Positions 28,077-38,916 of a stretch of DNA of 64,000 nucleotides are shown here, piece after piece (within the stretch, counting starts at the first letter, position 1; the number at the start of each line of letters is the position of its first letter). Below the pieces are notes generated by a model, which was given only the letters and a program-made list of their open reading frames with translations, was not told the DNA's origin and did not search any database. The position numbers and the translations under genes were made by a program. Origin of the DNA: Motiliproteus sp. (GTDB taxonomy: Bacteria; Pseudomonadota; Gammaproteobacteria; Pseudomonadales; Balneatricaceae); assembly GCA_036961355.1 (NCBI GenBank), contig JBALVL010000012.1, positions 5,954 through 69,953 of the forward strand, in the 5' to 3' direction.

Positions 28077-29624
28077 TTATTTGAGTAGCCGTTCTAGGTG
28101 CGAGACACCCAGCTCAAGGTTGCTTTCGGACACGCCACTAAAACCTAAAAGAAGCCCCTGTTGACCCTGTGTCTCATGGTTCTTTGATGCACAGTCCTTT
28201 GATACATTGCCTTCTAATACTCCGTCCGTTGACAGATAGTGCTTTGATAAAGCCGGCGCACTAATGCCTTGCTTGAGCAGTTGCTGTTCAAGCCAAATAT
28301 CGTCCCTTGCGGGGTCATGGGACGTTAAGCGGGCGAGAAGACTCATGCCACAGTCGGGTAGTTCGCTGGTTAACCGGTCGCCCAATTTGTTGGATAACGC
28401 AGAATGGAGGAAATCACGTCGTTGCTGGTAGCAGCGACGCATTCGGCGTAGATGGCTGGCGAACCGGCGATGCGCCAGAAAATCCGCCAGTGCTGGCTGT
28501 ATCGGCACCGAAGCCAGGCTGCCTAAGTGCTCTTGTGCGCTCTGGAATGAGGTTATTAAGTTTCTGGGTACGATCAGATAACCAATGCGAAGGGTACGAA
28601 ATAACAATTTGGAAAAGCTGCCAACCAATATCACCGATTGCTGCTGCGGGGGGTATAGCTGGGTCGACAGGTTAAAAAGCGGCACCAATGGGGTTTTGTG
28701 ATATTGAAACTCTGAATCGTAGTCGTCTTCCACCAACCAGCACTGATGCTGGCGACTGTACTCTAACCAATCTAATCGACGTTCGGTGGACATCGTCACC
28801 CCTAAGGGGTACTGACGAGCCGGTGTCATCCAGGCCAGCTTCACTTTCTCATCGGGAACCGCCATGCCCTGTATATCCACCGGAGAGTAACGTATGTCCG
28901 CACCTTGAGCTGTTAGGCCATGCCGTAGCGGGGGGTAACACGGGTTCTCCAATGACACTTTGTCGCCGACAGCCAGCATTGCCTTGGCGATGAGTGCCAG
29001 CGCATCGCGGTTGCCTGCGGTGATAATCACCTGGTCTGGGTGGCATTCCACGTCGCGTACCGCTTTGATGTACCGGGTAACCGCCTGCCGTAAGGGCAGA
29101 TAGCCACCCAGGTGAAACTCTCTTAACAACGCAGGATCCGGGCGCCGCCACACCCTGCTCAGGCTACGAGACCATTCAGCAAAAGGAAATTGCTCGACAT
29201 CAGGTCCCGCATCGAAAATACCGCGGTTTTTTATCGCCTCGATCGCAACTTTTTTATCGGAACAGTCCGAAGGGGTAATACTGACAGTAGGGTAGTCCGC
29301 AGCGGAATTGCCGAGAGTGGTAACAAAAATACCCGCTCCGGGACGCGTGACCAACAAGCCTTCGGCAATCAGTTGGTTGTAAACATTGAGTGCGGATGTA
29401 CGGGAAATACTGAGCAACAAGGCCAGTTTACGACTGGAGGGAAGCTGTTCACCCGACGCCAGCCGCTGGCTGTGGATCAGGTTGCGAATCTGTGCCGCTA
29501 ACTGCTGGTAGAGCGGCTTAGCGTCATCGGAATTAACGTTGATATTGAGCGTGGCTAAATCATCTTCAAAGCTCAAAATTGGTACCTTAAAAATGAATAA
29601 AACTGGATGTTTAAGGAATACCAA
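28077..29624 (-). CDS. MocR/PdxR-type regulator (GntR HTH fused to a PLP-dependent aminotransferase-fold domain)
   Basis: N-terminal GntR wHTH (PLYQQLAAQIRNLIHSQRLASGEQLPSSRKLALLLSISRTSALNVYNQLIAEGLLVTRPGAGIFV), then a ~380-aa AAT-like domain (SFSKLLFRTLRIGYLIVP contains the PLP-lysine context). Exact start uncertain. Confidence 0.85.
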   Translation of the reverse strand: MVFLKHPVLFIFKVPILSFEDDLATLNINVNSDDAKPLYQQLAAQIRNLIHSQRLASGEQLPSSRKLALLLSISRTSALNVYNQLIAEGLLVTRPGAGIFVTTLGNSAADYPTVSITPSDCSDKKVAIEAIKNRGIFDAGPDVEQFPFAEWSRSLSRVWRRPDPALLREFHLGGYLPLRQAVTRYIKAVRDVECHPDQVIITAGNRDALALIAKAMLAVGDKVSLENPCYPPLRHGLTAQGADIRYSPVDIQGMAVPDEKVKLAWMTPARQYPLGVTMSTERRLDWLEYSRQHQCWLVEDDYDSEFQYHKTPLVPLFNLSTQLYPPQQQSVILVGSFSKLLFRTLRIGYLIVPRNLITSFQSAQEHLGSLASVPIQPALADFLAHRRFASHLRRMRRCYQQRRDFLHSALSNKLGDRLTSELPDCGMSLLARLTSHDPARDDIWLEQQLLKQGISAPALSKHYLSTDGVLEGNVSKDCASKNHETQGQQGLLLGFSGVSESNLELGVSHLERLLK

Positions 29625-29660
29625 ATTGTGGCTACCATAACAACAGTTTGTTGGGGCATC

Positions 29661-29755
29661 TGTACCTTGGAGCGCGTGTACCTTGGAAAATCGATGCCTC
29701 CAAAAGAAAGAACCTCGGCAAGCCAGTGCCTTGGAGCGCTTGTTCCTTGTGATAA
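29661..29755. promoter_or_regulatory. Four TGTnCCTTGG direct repeats (two tandem pairs, 64 bp apart) in the MocR/GNAT divergent spacer
   Basis: tgtaccttggagcgc (29661), tgtaccttggaaaat (29677), gtgccttggagcgc (29726), tgttccttgtg (29741). Confidence 0.4.
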
Positions 29756-29804
29756 GCCTGACTTAAACGACACCGACTAAATCTTGATAGGAATGGAGTC
29801 ACAA

Positions 29805-30554
29805 ATGGTAGATAGCAACTTAGCGCCTAATGCTCAGGTTAATGTTCAGACTCATATTCAGACAAACGATCTAGGGCAGCCAACGGGTCTGGCGCTGGAT
29901 CACTGGGTCGCTCGGACTCGGCCTTTACGTACCACCATGACGGGCCGGTATTGCCGGGTTGAGACGCTGTCCCCCGAAGTCCACGGCGCGCAGCTATATA
30001 GCGCATTCGCCGCTGATAATGAGAGTAGAAACTGGACCTATCTGCCTTATGGGCCGTTCGATACGCTGGATGAGTTTAACCAGTGGCTGCGGACCAGTTG
30101 TTGTGGTGAAGATCCGTTGTTTTACGCCATCGTTGATAATAAAACGGATGAAGCGGTGGGCATCGCCAGCTATTTACGGATTGAGCCGGGGGTCGGTGTT
30201 ATCGAGGTGGGGCATATTCACTTTTCTCCCCGGTTGCAGCAAACGCCGTTGGCGACCGAGGTGATGTTTCTGATGATGCAACGGGTGTTCGATGAACTGG
30301 GGTATCGGCGCTACGAGTGGAAATGTGATAACTGTAACGAAGCATCGAAGCGAGCGGCACTGCGACTCGGCTTGAGTTTTGAAGGGATCTTCCGACAAGC
30401 GACGATGTATAAAGGCCGCAACCGCGATACCGCCTGGTTCTCGATTCTGGATTCTGAGTGGCCCCAACAAAAAGCGGCTTTTCAACGCTGGCTGACACCG
30501 GACAACTTTGATGCAGCAGGGGTGCAGAAACGTAGCTTACAAGAGTGCTTTTAA
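29805..30554 (+). CDS. GNAT-family N-acetyltransferase (RimJ/RimL-like)
   Basis: GIASYLRIEPGVGVIEVGHIHFSPRLQQTPLATEVMFLMMQRVFDELGYRRYEWKCDNCNEASKRAALRLGLSFEGIFRQ. ATG 29805 has a GGAG RBS; the listed ORF start at 29784 is also possible. Confidence 0.8.
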   Translation: MVDSNLAPNAQVNVQTHIQTNDLGQPTGLALDHWVARTRPLRTTMTGRYCRVETLSPEVHGAQLYSAFAADNESRNWTYLPYGPFDTLDEFNQWLRTSCCGEDPLFYAIVDNKTDEAVGIASYLRIEPGVGVIEVGHIHFSPRLQQTPLATEVMFLMMQRVFDELGYRRYEWKCDNCNEASKRAALRLGLSFEGIFRQATMYKGRNRDTAWFSILDSEWPQQKAAFQRWLTPDNFDAAGVQKRSLQECF

Positions 30555-30598
30555 TTGATAAGCGCAACAAGGTCTCAACGAGTGTAGGAGTTTAGAAT

Positions 30599-31048
30599 AT
30601 GACATTTTCAATAGCGGCACTGCAGCCTGCCGATCGAGAGGCGTGGCAGAAACTCTACTACGGCTACGCGGATTTTTATGGCATGCCGATGGATCAACAG
30701 ATTCTTGATCGGGTCTGGAGTTGGATTTTTTCTCCCGAGCAGCGTTTTTTTGCCTTGATCGCCCGGGACGAGGAGGGCAATGGCGTTGGCCTGATGCACT
30801 ATCGCGAAATGCTATCGCCGCTGCGGGGAGCCAAGGTGGGTTTTCTGGATGACCTGTTTGTCGATCCGGCTTGCCGGGGTAGCGGTTTGGTTGACGAGTT
30901 ATTCCTGCGCCTGAAACAGGAAGCGCAAGCCCATAATTGGCCTTTTGTTCGCTGGGTCACGGCTGACGACAACTACAGGGGCCGTGCAGCGTATGACCGG
31001 CTGGCAGATAAGACCCATTGGTTGACCTACCAGATGTCCGCTGATTAA
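30599..31048 (+). CDS. GNAT-family N-acetyltransferase
   Basis: 149 aa with an acetyl-CoA-binding motif region LDDLFVDPACRGSGLVDELF. Confidence 0.85.
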   Translation: MTFSIAALQPADREAWQKLYYGYADFYGMPMDQQILDRVWSWIFSPEQRFFALIARDEEGNGVGLMHYREMLSPLRGAKVGFLDDLFVDPACRGSGLVDELFLRLKQEAQAHNWPFVRWVTADDNYRGRAAYDRLADKTHWLTYQMSAD

Positions 31049-31295
31049 GGGGAGCTTCCCCCTCCCTAAAAAATTGAACCTGTTTTGATCGTTAACTCTT
31101 GACCTGATCGCCATAGGGCTTCTTGGTGCGTCGGTTTTTCTGCCAACCCACCCATACAAGCCCGTATAGCTTGGTATTATTTACCACCAATAAATTGGCG
31201 ACAGGTTTAAAGCAAGGTATGCACAGGGGTAGTTGGCTGTATTAATAGCATGTTATAACTATGTGAAAAGCAGCCAAAATAGGGATATTTTTCAC

Positions 31296-31634
31296 ATGGA
31301 TAAAGCGTTAGAAGCTATTCAACGTCTTCCAGCTAAATACAAGAATAAAATCGTTGTTCATCTCATTCCGGGTGATCCCAGCCGACTCGCAGCCGCTCTG
31401 GACGCAGCATTAGATTGCTTTAGTGATCTTCAAATGAGGTCAGGCCAAAGTATGGCTAAAGAGCAAAAGGACCATTGCGATACATTGGCGTTGATTCGCT
31501 CTGAACTCGCAGCCGAGTTGTTACGACTTGAAGGATTTGATTTTGCTGCGGCCAAGGCTCGTGGCAAAGCGGAAGTCGATGCTCCCAAGGAGAAAAAGCA
31601 GAAGGAGTGGAAGCAGCCGGTCGTATCGAATTAA
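31296..31634 (+). CDS. Hypothetical protein (orphan, in a visibly more AT-rich stretch)
   Basis: ORF 31233..31634. Start more plausibly at MDKALEAIQRLP. No recognisable motif; lysine-rich C-terminus. Confidence 0.35.
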   Translation: MDKALEAIQRLPAKYKNKIVVHLIPGDPSRLAAALDAALDCFSDLQMRSGQSMAKEQKDHCDTLALIRSELAAELLRLEGFDFAAAKARGKAEVDAPKEKKQKEWKQPVVSN

Positions 31635-32006
31635 CCAGCGATGTATTGATATAAATACATTCGAGAAATGCAGTGCTCGAACGTGGCTTATTTAGCACCG
31701 GGTTTCAGGCCAAGCGAAACCGTTCCGGACCCTGCGCGGTGGTCTGATCTTGGTGTTGCTTGGCCTGGACCGCAACTGATGTAATTTGCATTGGATATGT
31801 ATTAGCGATCTCCCTCCGCGTCCCATTGACCTGTGCTGCTCAATTACTTTGTTGAATTGATTAAGGCCCCTCACATCTCCACTGCTTTGAAAAATAAAAA
31901 AGAGTTAGAGGTTCATTCTGGCTGGGCCGATCATCCAGGGGAATCCTCTCCGGTCATGCATCACATACCAGACAATGAGTGCAATGACTTGGCGTATTGT
32001 TATTAG

Positions 32007-33887
32007 TTAACCGATTCGGAAGCGGGCGGTGACCTGTTTTAGATTGACCGCGTGTTGCGCTACCTGTTGGGTCGTTTCGACGATGGCGCCAGATTCACTC
32101 GAACTGCGATTAACCGCGCCAGATACCTGCTCCATATTCTGGGCGATCTCTTTGACGGTGCTGGCCAGTTCTTCAATTGCGACCGCAATTTGCTGGGTTC
32201 GGTCGGACGTGCTTTCCACCTGTCCTTCGATAGCGCTAACGGCATTAGCAGCCTCAGCGCCGAATTTACTACCGCGCTCAACATGCTCGCGGCTGCTCTC
32301 TATTGATGCGATCGCTTGCTGAGTGCCTTGCTGCATCTCATTGACGATTTGGGTGATTTCGTTGGAGGCACCGACAGTTTTTTCAGCCAAACTTCTGACC
32401 TCATCGGCGACAACGGCAAAGCCTCGGCCGGCTTCACCGGCGCGGGCAGCTTCGATAGCGGCGTTAAGTGCGAGGAGGTTAGTTTGATCGGCTACGCTCT
32501 TGATAACGTCGATAACCACATCGATTTTTTCTGAACGGCGACCCAATTCCTGCATCTGTTCGACATTTTCATTAACCACTTCGGACACTTCATTGAGCGC
32601 ATGCAGTGCCCGCGAGATGACCTGTCCACCCTCGTTGGCGGCCTGATGCGCTTGCTTGGAAGCATTGTGAACTTCAGACGTGGTCTGGGAGATTTCGCTG
32701 ACGGTTGCATTCATCTGCTCGGTCGCTGCTGCCATTGACGTGGTTTGTTCCGAGGTGAAACGATTACCTTCGGCGATGGTTGCTACCGCGTGAGACAGGG
32801 ATTCTGACATGCCGCCGAGTTCGTTGCTGGTGCTCGTGACATGGCCGACCACATCGTGCAGGTCGGTAGTCATCTGGTTGACGGCATCGGCGAGTTGACC
32901 AAATTCATCGTCGCTGTTCTTTTCAACCTTGACGGTCAGGTCGCCGCCTGCGATCAACTTAAGTGCTTCCACAGTGCGCGTTAAGCCGCGGGTGGCTCCC
33001 AGTCCGGTCACACTCAGCAGTCCGGTAACCAATACCAACACGGCTACGCCAACACCAGTGATCAGCTGTTTGGAGATCGACGCGGCATCGTTGGCCTGAG
33101 TTGTGGCAGTGGCTATCAGTTCATTCTCAAGGTAGTGCTCCGCGCTAGTGCTATCGATGAATATCTGTTCCAAGTGATGTTTTAGTTCGGCCGTTTGGCG
33201 CGCGATTGTGCCATAGGTGGCGACAACGGCATTAAAGTCGACCAGATACTGATCGCAGGTCGGCACAAATTTGTCGAAGTTAAAGTCGATTAGCTTTTGT
33301 TTCAGATTGGCTAGACTCGCCCGTGTTTGCGCGGCCGCTTGCGGGGATGCTTCGATAAAGAAGTCTTTTTCATGCTGACGCACCTGCTGCATCAAAGCTT
33401 TCAGGGCTGAAAAAGTATTGGTTTCTTCGTTTAACTGGTTAGCAGACTTGTTCAGTTGTCCCAGCTGACCTGATTGGGAGTCGAAGCCGAGCATGATGCT
33501 GCTGGCCAGCCATTGCTCGAGGGTGGCGAGGTAGTCGGTGGTGGTTTGCAGTACCGGATTAATCTTGACGTCGATATCGACGTTTTGTTGGCGTGATGCG
33601 GCATCGCGCAGGGACTGCAACGGCCCGCTATCGATTAGTCCGATTTCGGTTTGATACTGATCAACAGCTGAACTGGTCAGACTACTGCGATGATCGTTGA
33701 GTTTAAACAGCTTGATCTCCAGCTCAATCAGCGCACCGGAAATATCACTCAATTGGCTAACCTGATTGGAGGTGCTTAACACCGAATTGAGCGCCATGAT
33801 TGCGGTGATGGCTAGAATCAGAGTGCCGGAGGCGGCTAAGATGATCGCCAGTCCAATTTTTCGACGAAAATTCAGGTTGAGATTCAT
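32007..33887 (-). CDS. Methyl-accepting chemotaxis protein
   Basis: Two TM segments, HAMP region, and the conserved signalling domain ([39 protein letters not shown]). Confidence 0.9.
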   Translation of the reverse strand: MNLNLNFRRKIGLAIILAASGTLILAITAIMALNSVLSTSNQVSQLSDISGALIELEIKLFKLNDHRSSLTSSAVDQYQTEIGLIDSGPLQSLRDAASRQQNVDIDVKINPVLQTTTDYLATLEQWLASSIMLGFDSQSGQLGQLNKSANQLNEETNTFSALKALMQQVRQHEKDFFIEASPQAAAQTRASLANLKQKLIDFNFDKFVPTCDQYLVDFNAVVATYGTIARQTAELKHHLEQIFIDSTSAEHYLENELIATATTQANDAASISKQLITGVGVAVLVLVTGLLSVTGLGATRGLTRTVEALKLIAGGDLTVKVEKNSDDEFGQLADAVNQMTTDLHDVVGHVTSTSNELGGMSESLSHAVATIAEGNRFTSEQTTSMAAATEQMNATVSEISQTTSEVHNASKQAHQAANEGGQVISRALHALNEVSEVVNENVEQMQELGRRSEKIDVVIDVIKSVADQTNLLALNAAIEAARAGEAGRGFAVVADEVRSLAEKTVGASNEITQIVNEMQQGTQQAIASIESSREHVERGSKFGAEAANAVSAIEGQVESTSDRTQQIAVAIEELASTVKEIAQNMEQVSGAVNRSSSESGAIVETTQQVAQHAVNLKQVTARFRIG

Positions 33888-34041
33888 ACTGCTGATCCTG
33901 TTTTTATATTGAGATAATCCCTTTGGAGCTGGCTTATTACTTTGCTCAGTTCCATTGTGAATTTTCTGTCTGATAGGTCGTTTGTTGGTGCAGATGGCTA
34001 TGGTCGATCAGCGATGCTGTGTTGTTAACGCTGAGAACCGT

Positions 34042-34218
34042 CTAAAAATCGTACTCCGAGCAGTGCCAGATACCGCGGGTGTGATGTGGCTGGCTCTGAT
34101 TGACGATCACTTTCTGCTCGGTCTTTTTACTTCGGATATCAAAATCGCGCGGCCGTCCGGTATTGCTGTAGTCATACTGCGGTTCGGCTTTGCGGGCCGG
34201 TTGTTGAGTGTGATTCAT
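34042..34218 (-). CDS. Small hypothetical protein downstream of pyk
   Basis: ORF 34042..34236. The internal ATG (MNHTQQPARKAEPQYDYS...) is preceded by a strong GAGGAG RBS. No family recognised. Confidence 0.3.
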   Translation of the reverse strand: MNHTQQPARKAEPQYDYSNTGRPRDFDIRSKKTEQKVIVNQSQPHHTRGIWHCSEYDF

Positions 34219-34253
34219 CGCTTTCTCCTCAGTCATCTATCGGTTCGATTCGG

Positions 34254-35702
34254 CTAGCGGATCTGTTGCCCGACTCGGACGATTTTCAGGGTGTTGGTGC
34301 CGCCGTGAGCTTTGACGTAATCGCCCTTGGTGATGATCACCAGGTCGCCGTCGGCAACCACGCCACGTTTTTTAAGTTCGTCGACGGCGCGCTGATTGAT
34401 CGCCTCGTTGGCGATCTGATCGCTGTCGAACGGCATCGGCTTGACGCCGCGAAACATCGTCACCCGGTTTAAAGTGCGTGGCAGATTGGAGAAGGCGTAG
34501 ATCGGCTGGCCCGAGCTGATCCGTGACATCAGCAGCGGTGTGTCACCGCTCTCGGTCATGCAGATGATCGCCTTGACCCCGGACAGGTGGTTGGCGGCGT
34601 ACATCGCCGACAGTGCGATCGACTCATCAATATCTTCGAACGCTTCACTGAGCCGGTGTTTGGAAGTGTGTGAGTTGGGCTGCTTTTCGGCCCCCAGAAT
34701 CACCCGTGCCATCGCCTCGACCGTCTCTATCGGGTAGGCACCGGCGGCAGTTTCGGCCGACAACATCACTGCGTCGGTGCCGTCGAGTACCGCGTTGGCC
34801 ACGTCGAACACCTCGGCGCGGGTCGGCATCGGTTGGGTGATCATGGTTTCCATCATCTGGGTGGCGGTGATCACCACCCGGTTGAGGGCACGCGAGCGGT
34901 TGATGATGTGCTTCTGCACTCCGATCAACTCGGCGTCGCCGATCTCGACGCCCAGGTCGCCGCGCGCCACCATTACCGCATCAGAGGCCAGGATGATGGC
35001 GTCGAGTACCGCATCGTCGGCAACCGCCTCGGCGCGTTCGATCTTGGAGACCAGCCCGGCTTGACCGCCAGCTTCGTTCATTAACTTGCGCGCCAGGTGC
35101 ATATCGTCGGCATCGCGCGGAAATGAGACCGCCAGATAATCGACTCCGATCTTGGCCGCGGTGTGGATGTCCTGTCTGTCTTTGTCGGTTAGCGCCGCTG
35201 CCGACAAGCCGCCCCCTTGGCGGTTGATGCCTTTGTTGTTGGACAGGGGGCCACCGATTGTCACTTCGCAGTTGAGACGGTTTGCTTCAACCGTCTTGAC
35301 CTCAAGCACAACACGTCCGTCATCCAGCAGTAGGATGTCGCCCGGGCTGCTATCGGTTACGAGGTCTTCATAGTCGATCCCAACCTGGCTCACATCACCT
35401 GAATTCTTGTCGAGGCTGGCGTCTAAGGAAAAAGTCTGGCCTTTCCGTAGTTCCACCTTGCCATCGGCAAAGCGGGCGATGCGGATTTTGGGGCCTTGCA
35501 GGTCGCCCAAGATGGCGACAAAACGCCCCAGCTTATGGGCGTACTCGCGCACCAGGTCGGCACGCTGCTGATGGTCCTCGGCGCTGCCGTGGGAGAAGTT
35601 TAGCCGCACCACGTTTACGCCGGCACGGATCAGTTTTTCGATCGCTTCGGGGCTGCTGGTGGCAGGTCCTAGGGTGGCGACAATCTTGGTTCTACGCTTC
35701 AT
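34254..35702 (-). CDS. pyk: Pyruvate kinase
   Basis: [19 protein letters not shown]..., [17 protein letters not shown]; 482 aa. Its start overlaps the gap stop. Confidence 0.95.
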   Translation of the reverse strand: MKRRTKIVATLGPATSSPEAIEKLIRAGVNVVRLNFSHGSAEDHQQRADLVREYAHKLGRFVAILGDLQGPKIRIARFADGKVELRKGQTFSLDASLDKNSGDVSQVGIDYEDLVTDSSPGDILLLDDGRVVLEVKTVEANRLNCEVTIGGPLSNNKGINRQGGGLSAAALTDKDRQDIHTAAKIGVDYLAVSFPRDADDMHLARKLMNEAGGQAGLVSKIERAEAVADDAVLDAIILASDAVMVARGDLGVEIGDAELIGVQKHIINRSRALNRVVITATQMMETMITQPMPTRAEVFDVANAVLDGTDAVMLSAETAAGAYPIETVEAMARVILGAEKQPNSHTSKHRLSEAFEDIDESIALSAMYAANHLSGVKAIICMTESGDTPLLMSRISSGQPIYAFSNLPRTLNRVTMFRGVKPMPFDSDQIANEAINQRAVDELKKRGVVADGDLVIITKGDYVKAHGGTNTLKIVRVGQQIR

Positions 35703-36730
35703 CGTACAATCTCCAGAGATGGGGCCTCGGCAGCGATCAAGGCCAGGGTGTTATCCAGCATCCGGTTGGAGAACCCCCACTCGTTGTCGTACCAGGCCAT
35801 CACTTTAACCAGCCGGCCGTTAACGCGGGTCTGAGTAGCATCGAAACTCGATGAGGCCGGGTCGTGGTTAAAATCGATCGACACCAGCGGTTGTTTGTTG
35901 CAGGCCAAAATCCCCTTCAGATAGCCATTGGAGGCCTCTTCGATGATGGCGTTGACCTCGTCGATCGTGGTGTCACGATCGGCCAAAAAGGTCAGGTCGA
36001 CCAGCGATACGTTGATGGTTGGCACCCGGACCGCCATGCCGTCTAGACGGCCGTTCAGCTCGGGCAGCACAAGTCCCACCGCTGCGGCCGCGCCGGTCTT
36101 AGTTGGAATCATCGACTGGGTCGCTGAGCGCGCCCGATACAGATCGCTGTGATAGACGTCGCTGAGGTTTTGATCGTTAGTGTAAGAATGGATGGTGGTC
36201 ATCAGACCGTTGACGATACCCAACGCATCGTTGAGCGGCTTGGCGATCGGGGCCAAGCAGTTGGTGGTGCACGACGCGTTGGAGATGATCTGGTGCTCGG
36301 CGGTCAGCACCTCATGGTTGATACCGTAAACTACGGTGGCATCGGCGCCAGCCGCGGGGGCTGAGATGATTACCTTGCGAGCACCTGCGTCGATATGCGC
36401 CGCCGCTTTATCGCGACTGGTAAACAGGCCAGTACACTCGTACACCACATCGACGTTGAGATCACCCCAGGGTAGGTCGGCCGGGTTGCGTTCGGAAAAG
36501 GTACGGATCCGATCGCCATTGACCACCAGATCACTGCCATCGACCGTGACGGTGCCGCCAAAACGGCCGTGTACCGAATCGTATTGGGTCAGGTGGGCGT
36601 TGATCTGGGCATCGCCCAAATCATTGATCGCGACAATGGATATGGCCTCGGTTTTATTCGACTCGTACAGCGCCCGAAGGATGTTGCGCCCGATGCGTCC
36701 GTAACCGTTGATAGCAACACGAATGGCCAT
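35699..36730 (-). CDS. gap: Type I glyceraldehyde-3-phosphate dehydrogenase
   Basis: [13 protein letters not shown] motif, catalytic [23 protein letters not shown]. Confidence 0.95.
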   Translation of the reverse strand: MAIRVAINGYGRIGRNILRALYESNKTEAISIVAINDLGDAQINAHLTQYDSVHGRFGGTVTVDGSDLVVNGDRIRTFSERNPADLPWGDLNVDVVYECTGLFTSRDKAAAHIDAGARKVIISAPAAGADATVVYGINHEVLTAEHQIISNASCTTNCLAPIAKPLNDALGIVNGLMTTIHSYTNDQNLSDVYHSDLYRARSATQSMIPTKTGAAAAVGLVLPELNGRLDGMAVRVPTINVSLVDLTFLADRDTTIDEVNAIIEEASNGYLKGILACNKQPLVSIDFNHDPASSSFDATQTRVNGRLVKVMAWYDNEWGFSNRMLDNTLALIAAEAPSLEIVR

Positions 36731-36749
36731 GGTTCTGTCCCGTTTGTGT

Positions 36750-36769
36750 ACTACATGTCGTCATGTAGT
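36750..36769. promoter_or_regulatory. ACTACATG-N4-CATGTAGT inverted repeat in the gap 5' region
   Basis: Perfect 8-bp arms read directly, 20-40 nt upstream of the gap ATG (minus strand). Confidence 0.3.
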
Positions 36770-36773
36770 TTAT

Positions 36774-36793
36774 ATATGTTAGCGCTAACATAT
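36774..36793. promoter_or_regulatory. Perfect 20-bp palindrome ATATGTTAGCGCTAACATAT (LacI/GntR-type operator candidate)
   Basis: Read directly in the gap/AEC divergent spacer. The 10-mer AGCGCTAACA recurs at 36897-36906 and 39306-39315. Confidence 0.5.
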
Positions 36794-36927
36794 TATTGAA
36801 ACTCTCTGCTGTCAATGGCGGTGTTTACTGAGTTGTGGCTATGGAATAGGCTTCGGTAGTTTGAATTTGTGCGTTATAGTTACGAATTAATAAGGTAGCG
36901 CTAACACAAAAAGGTGCGATATACGCG

Positions 36928-37815
36928 ATGTTTGAACAGTTGGTCGGTGTGGTAATGCCCATTTTTTTATGCGTGATGATCGGGTTCATATGGTGCCGAA
37001 CCGGGCAGCCCTTTGCCGGTGAAACAATTACACCATTGGTGTTGAATGTGGGTACTCCTGCGCTCGTTGTATGGAGTTTGTCATCCGCATCGATCGATTT
37101 TTTTACCTTTGTGAAAATGGTTTTTGCTTGTCTCTGTGTGCTGCTACTGACAGCCGCACTGGCGTGGTTAGTGATCAAGCTGACCAAGCAGAATCAGCGT
37201 CTATTTTTGCCCGCGTTGATTTTTTCCAATGTTGGCACAGTCGGAATTCCCATCTGCTTGTTTATGTACGGTGAGCAGGGTGTGGCTTTGACGTTGGGGT
37301 TTGTGACGGTGATGACGCTGGGTCATATCACCGTAGGTGTGATGATGATGACCGGTAAGCCGTTATCGGGTGTCGGAGTGAAGCAGTTGCTGACTCAGCC
37401 GTTGGTGTTGGCAACGCTGGCGGGTGTGGTGCTGATGCTAACCGGACTGCAGTTACCGGGCTGGATCAATTCAACCCTGGGTCTGTTGGCCGGGATAGCG
37501 GTACCGCTGATGCTAATTGCGCTGGGTGTGGCTTTGGCTAGCTTACGCGTCAGGGCATGGGGGAAAAGTACGGTGTTTGGCTTGGTCCGGTTGGTGATCG
37601 GCCTGCTGGTCGGGGTGCTGGTGGCTGAGCTGTTTGGGCTCACTGGGGCGGAACGGGGTGTGGTGATTATTGAGTCAACCATGCCTGTTGGCGTGATGAA
37701 CTATATGTTGGCCGAGCGATACAGCAGTTCGGTTAACGATATGGCAAGCCTGGTGGTGATCTCCACATTCCAGGCGTTTTTGTGTTTACCGCTGTTGGTC
37801 TACTTTCTGCGTTGA
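36928..37815 (+). CDS. AEC-family (auxin efflux carrier-like) transporter
   Basis: 295 aa, about 9-10 hydrophobic helices, typical AEC length and organisation. Confidence 0.8.
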   Translation: MFEQLVGVVMPIFLCVMIGFIWCRTGQPFAGETITPLVLNVGTPALVVWSLSSASIDFFTFVKMVFACLCVLLLTAALAWLVIKLTKQNQRLFLPALIFSNVGTVGIPICLFMYGEQGVALTLGFVTVMTLGHITVGVMMMTGKPLSGVGVKQLLTQPLVLATLAGVVLMLTGLQLPGWINSTLGLLAGIAVPLMLIALGVALASLRVRAWGKSTVFGLVRLVIGLLVGVLVAELFGLTGAERGVVIIESTMPVGVMNYMLAERYSSSVNDMASLVVISTFQAFLCLPLLVYFLR

Positions 37816-37884
37816 CCGATACTTTGTGTTCGGTCTATGGGTGGCACGATCTGTTGGGGTACGGTGGTTAGCTTCAAACGCTTG

Positions 37885-38916
37885 TTAGCGGGTGCTTTCC
37901 CGGTCAAGAATTGAGAAGCCAACATCAACACTCTTCGAGAATGGCTTATCTTCGATCCGGTCTAGCAAACATTGGGCCGCTTGTTTGCCCATCTCAAAGC
38001 GTGGAATAGCCACCGTCGTTAATGCAGGGTTTATCGCTTTAGAAAATTCAAGGTCATTAAACCCTGCTATCGCCAGCTGTTGCGGAACTTGAATCCCACG
38101 GCGCTGACATTCAAAGATGGCTCCGGCGGCAAGGTCATCGTTGCTAAGAAACAGTGCGTCAATTTCGTTATGTTTCGAAATCAGTTCGGTCATCATGTCT
38201 GCACCGCGCTGAAATGAAGTATTCGCCAGGCTGGTCAGGATATACCTGTCGGGGTCTTGATCATGGGCGATCATCGATTGCCGGTAGCCTTGCATCCGTC
38301 GTTGGGCGCGTTCGTCCATTCTGGCACCGATAAAACCGATTTTTTTGTAACCTTTACCAAAGAGGTGCTCGGTGATGGCGTGGCCAGCATCGAAATGTGA
38401 AATTCCGACGCTCATGTCCAAGGGGTTATCAGTCAATTCCATCACTTGAACGATCGGGATATTGATATTTTGGAGTCGCTTTTTAGTCTTGGGCGACTGG
38501 TCTATACCGGTGATGATGATGCCATCGGGGTTTTGTTCAAGCATGGTTTCGACCAGTTCATCTTCCTGGGTGATCGAGTAGTGGGAATTGGCTAGCAGAA
38601 TCCGATACCCGGCGGGTACCAATGAATCATGGATACCGTCTAGCAGGTCGGAGAACACAGCATTGGATAACGAAGGGAAGATAACCGAAATTATTTTGGA
38701 TTCAGCTGAGGCTAATGAACGCGCTGCTTGGTTGGGTATATAGCCCAGCTCTTGTACAGCGAGGGTGATTTTTGCGCGCAGTTTGTTTGAAACTCGATCG
38801 GGGTGTTTAAGGGCCCTTGATACGGTGATGGCGCTGACGCCAGCACGCTCGGCCACTTCGGCCAACGTCACTCTACCGCTGCTGCGTCTGGACGGTGTGG
38901 ATCTGCTGTTTTCCAT
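37885..38916 (-). CDS. LacI-family transcriptional repressor (GntR/PtxS-like)
   Basis: HTH VTLAEVAERAGVSAITVSRALKHPDRVS plus a periplasmic-binding-fold core. Start at MENSRS (38916) preferred over the ORF start at 38976. Confidence 0.9.
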   Translation of the reverse strand: MENSRSTPSRRSSGRVTLAEVAERAGVSAITVSRALKHPDRVSNKLRAKITLAVQELGYIPNQAARSLASAESKIISVIFPSLSNAVFSDLLDGIHDSLVPAGYRILLANSHYSITQEDELVETMLEQNPDGIIITGIDQSPKTKKRLQNINIPIVQVMELTDNPLDMSVGISHFDAGHAITEHLFGKGYKKIGFIGARMDERAQRRMQGYRQSMIAHDQDPDRYILTSLANTSFQRGADMMTELISKHNEIDALFLSNDDLAAGAIFECQRRGIQVPQQLAIAGFNDLEFSKAINPALTTVAIPRFEMGKQAAQCLLDRIEDKPFSKSVDVGFSILDRESTR

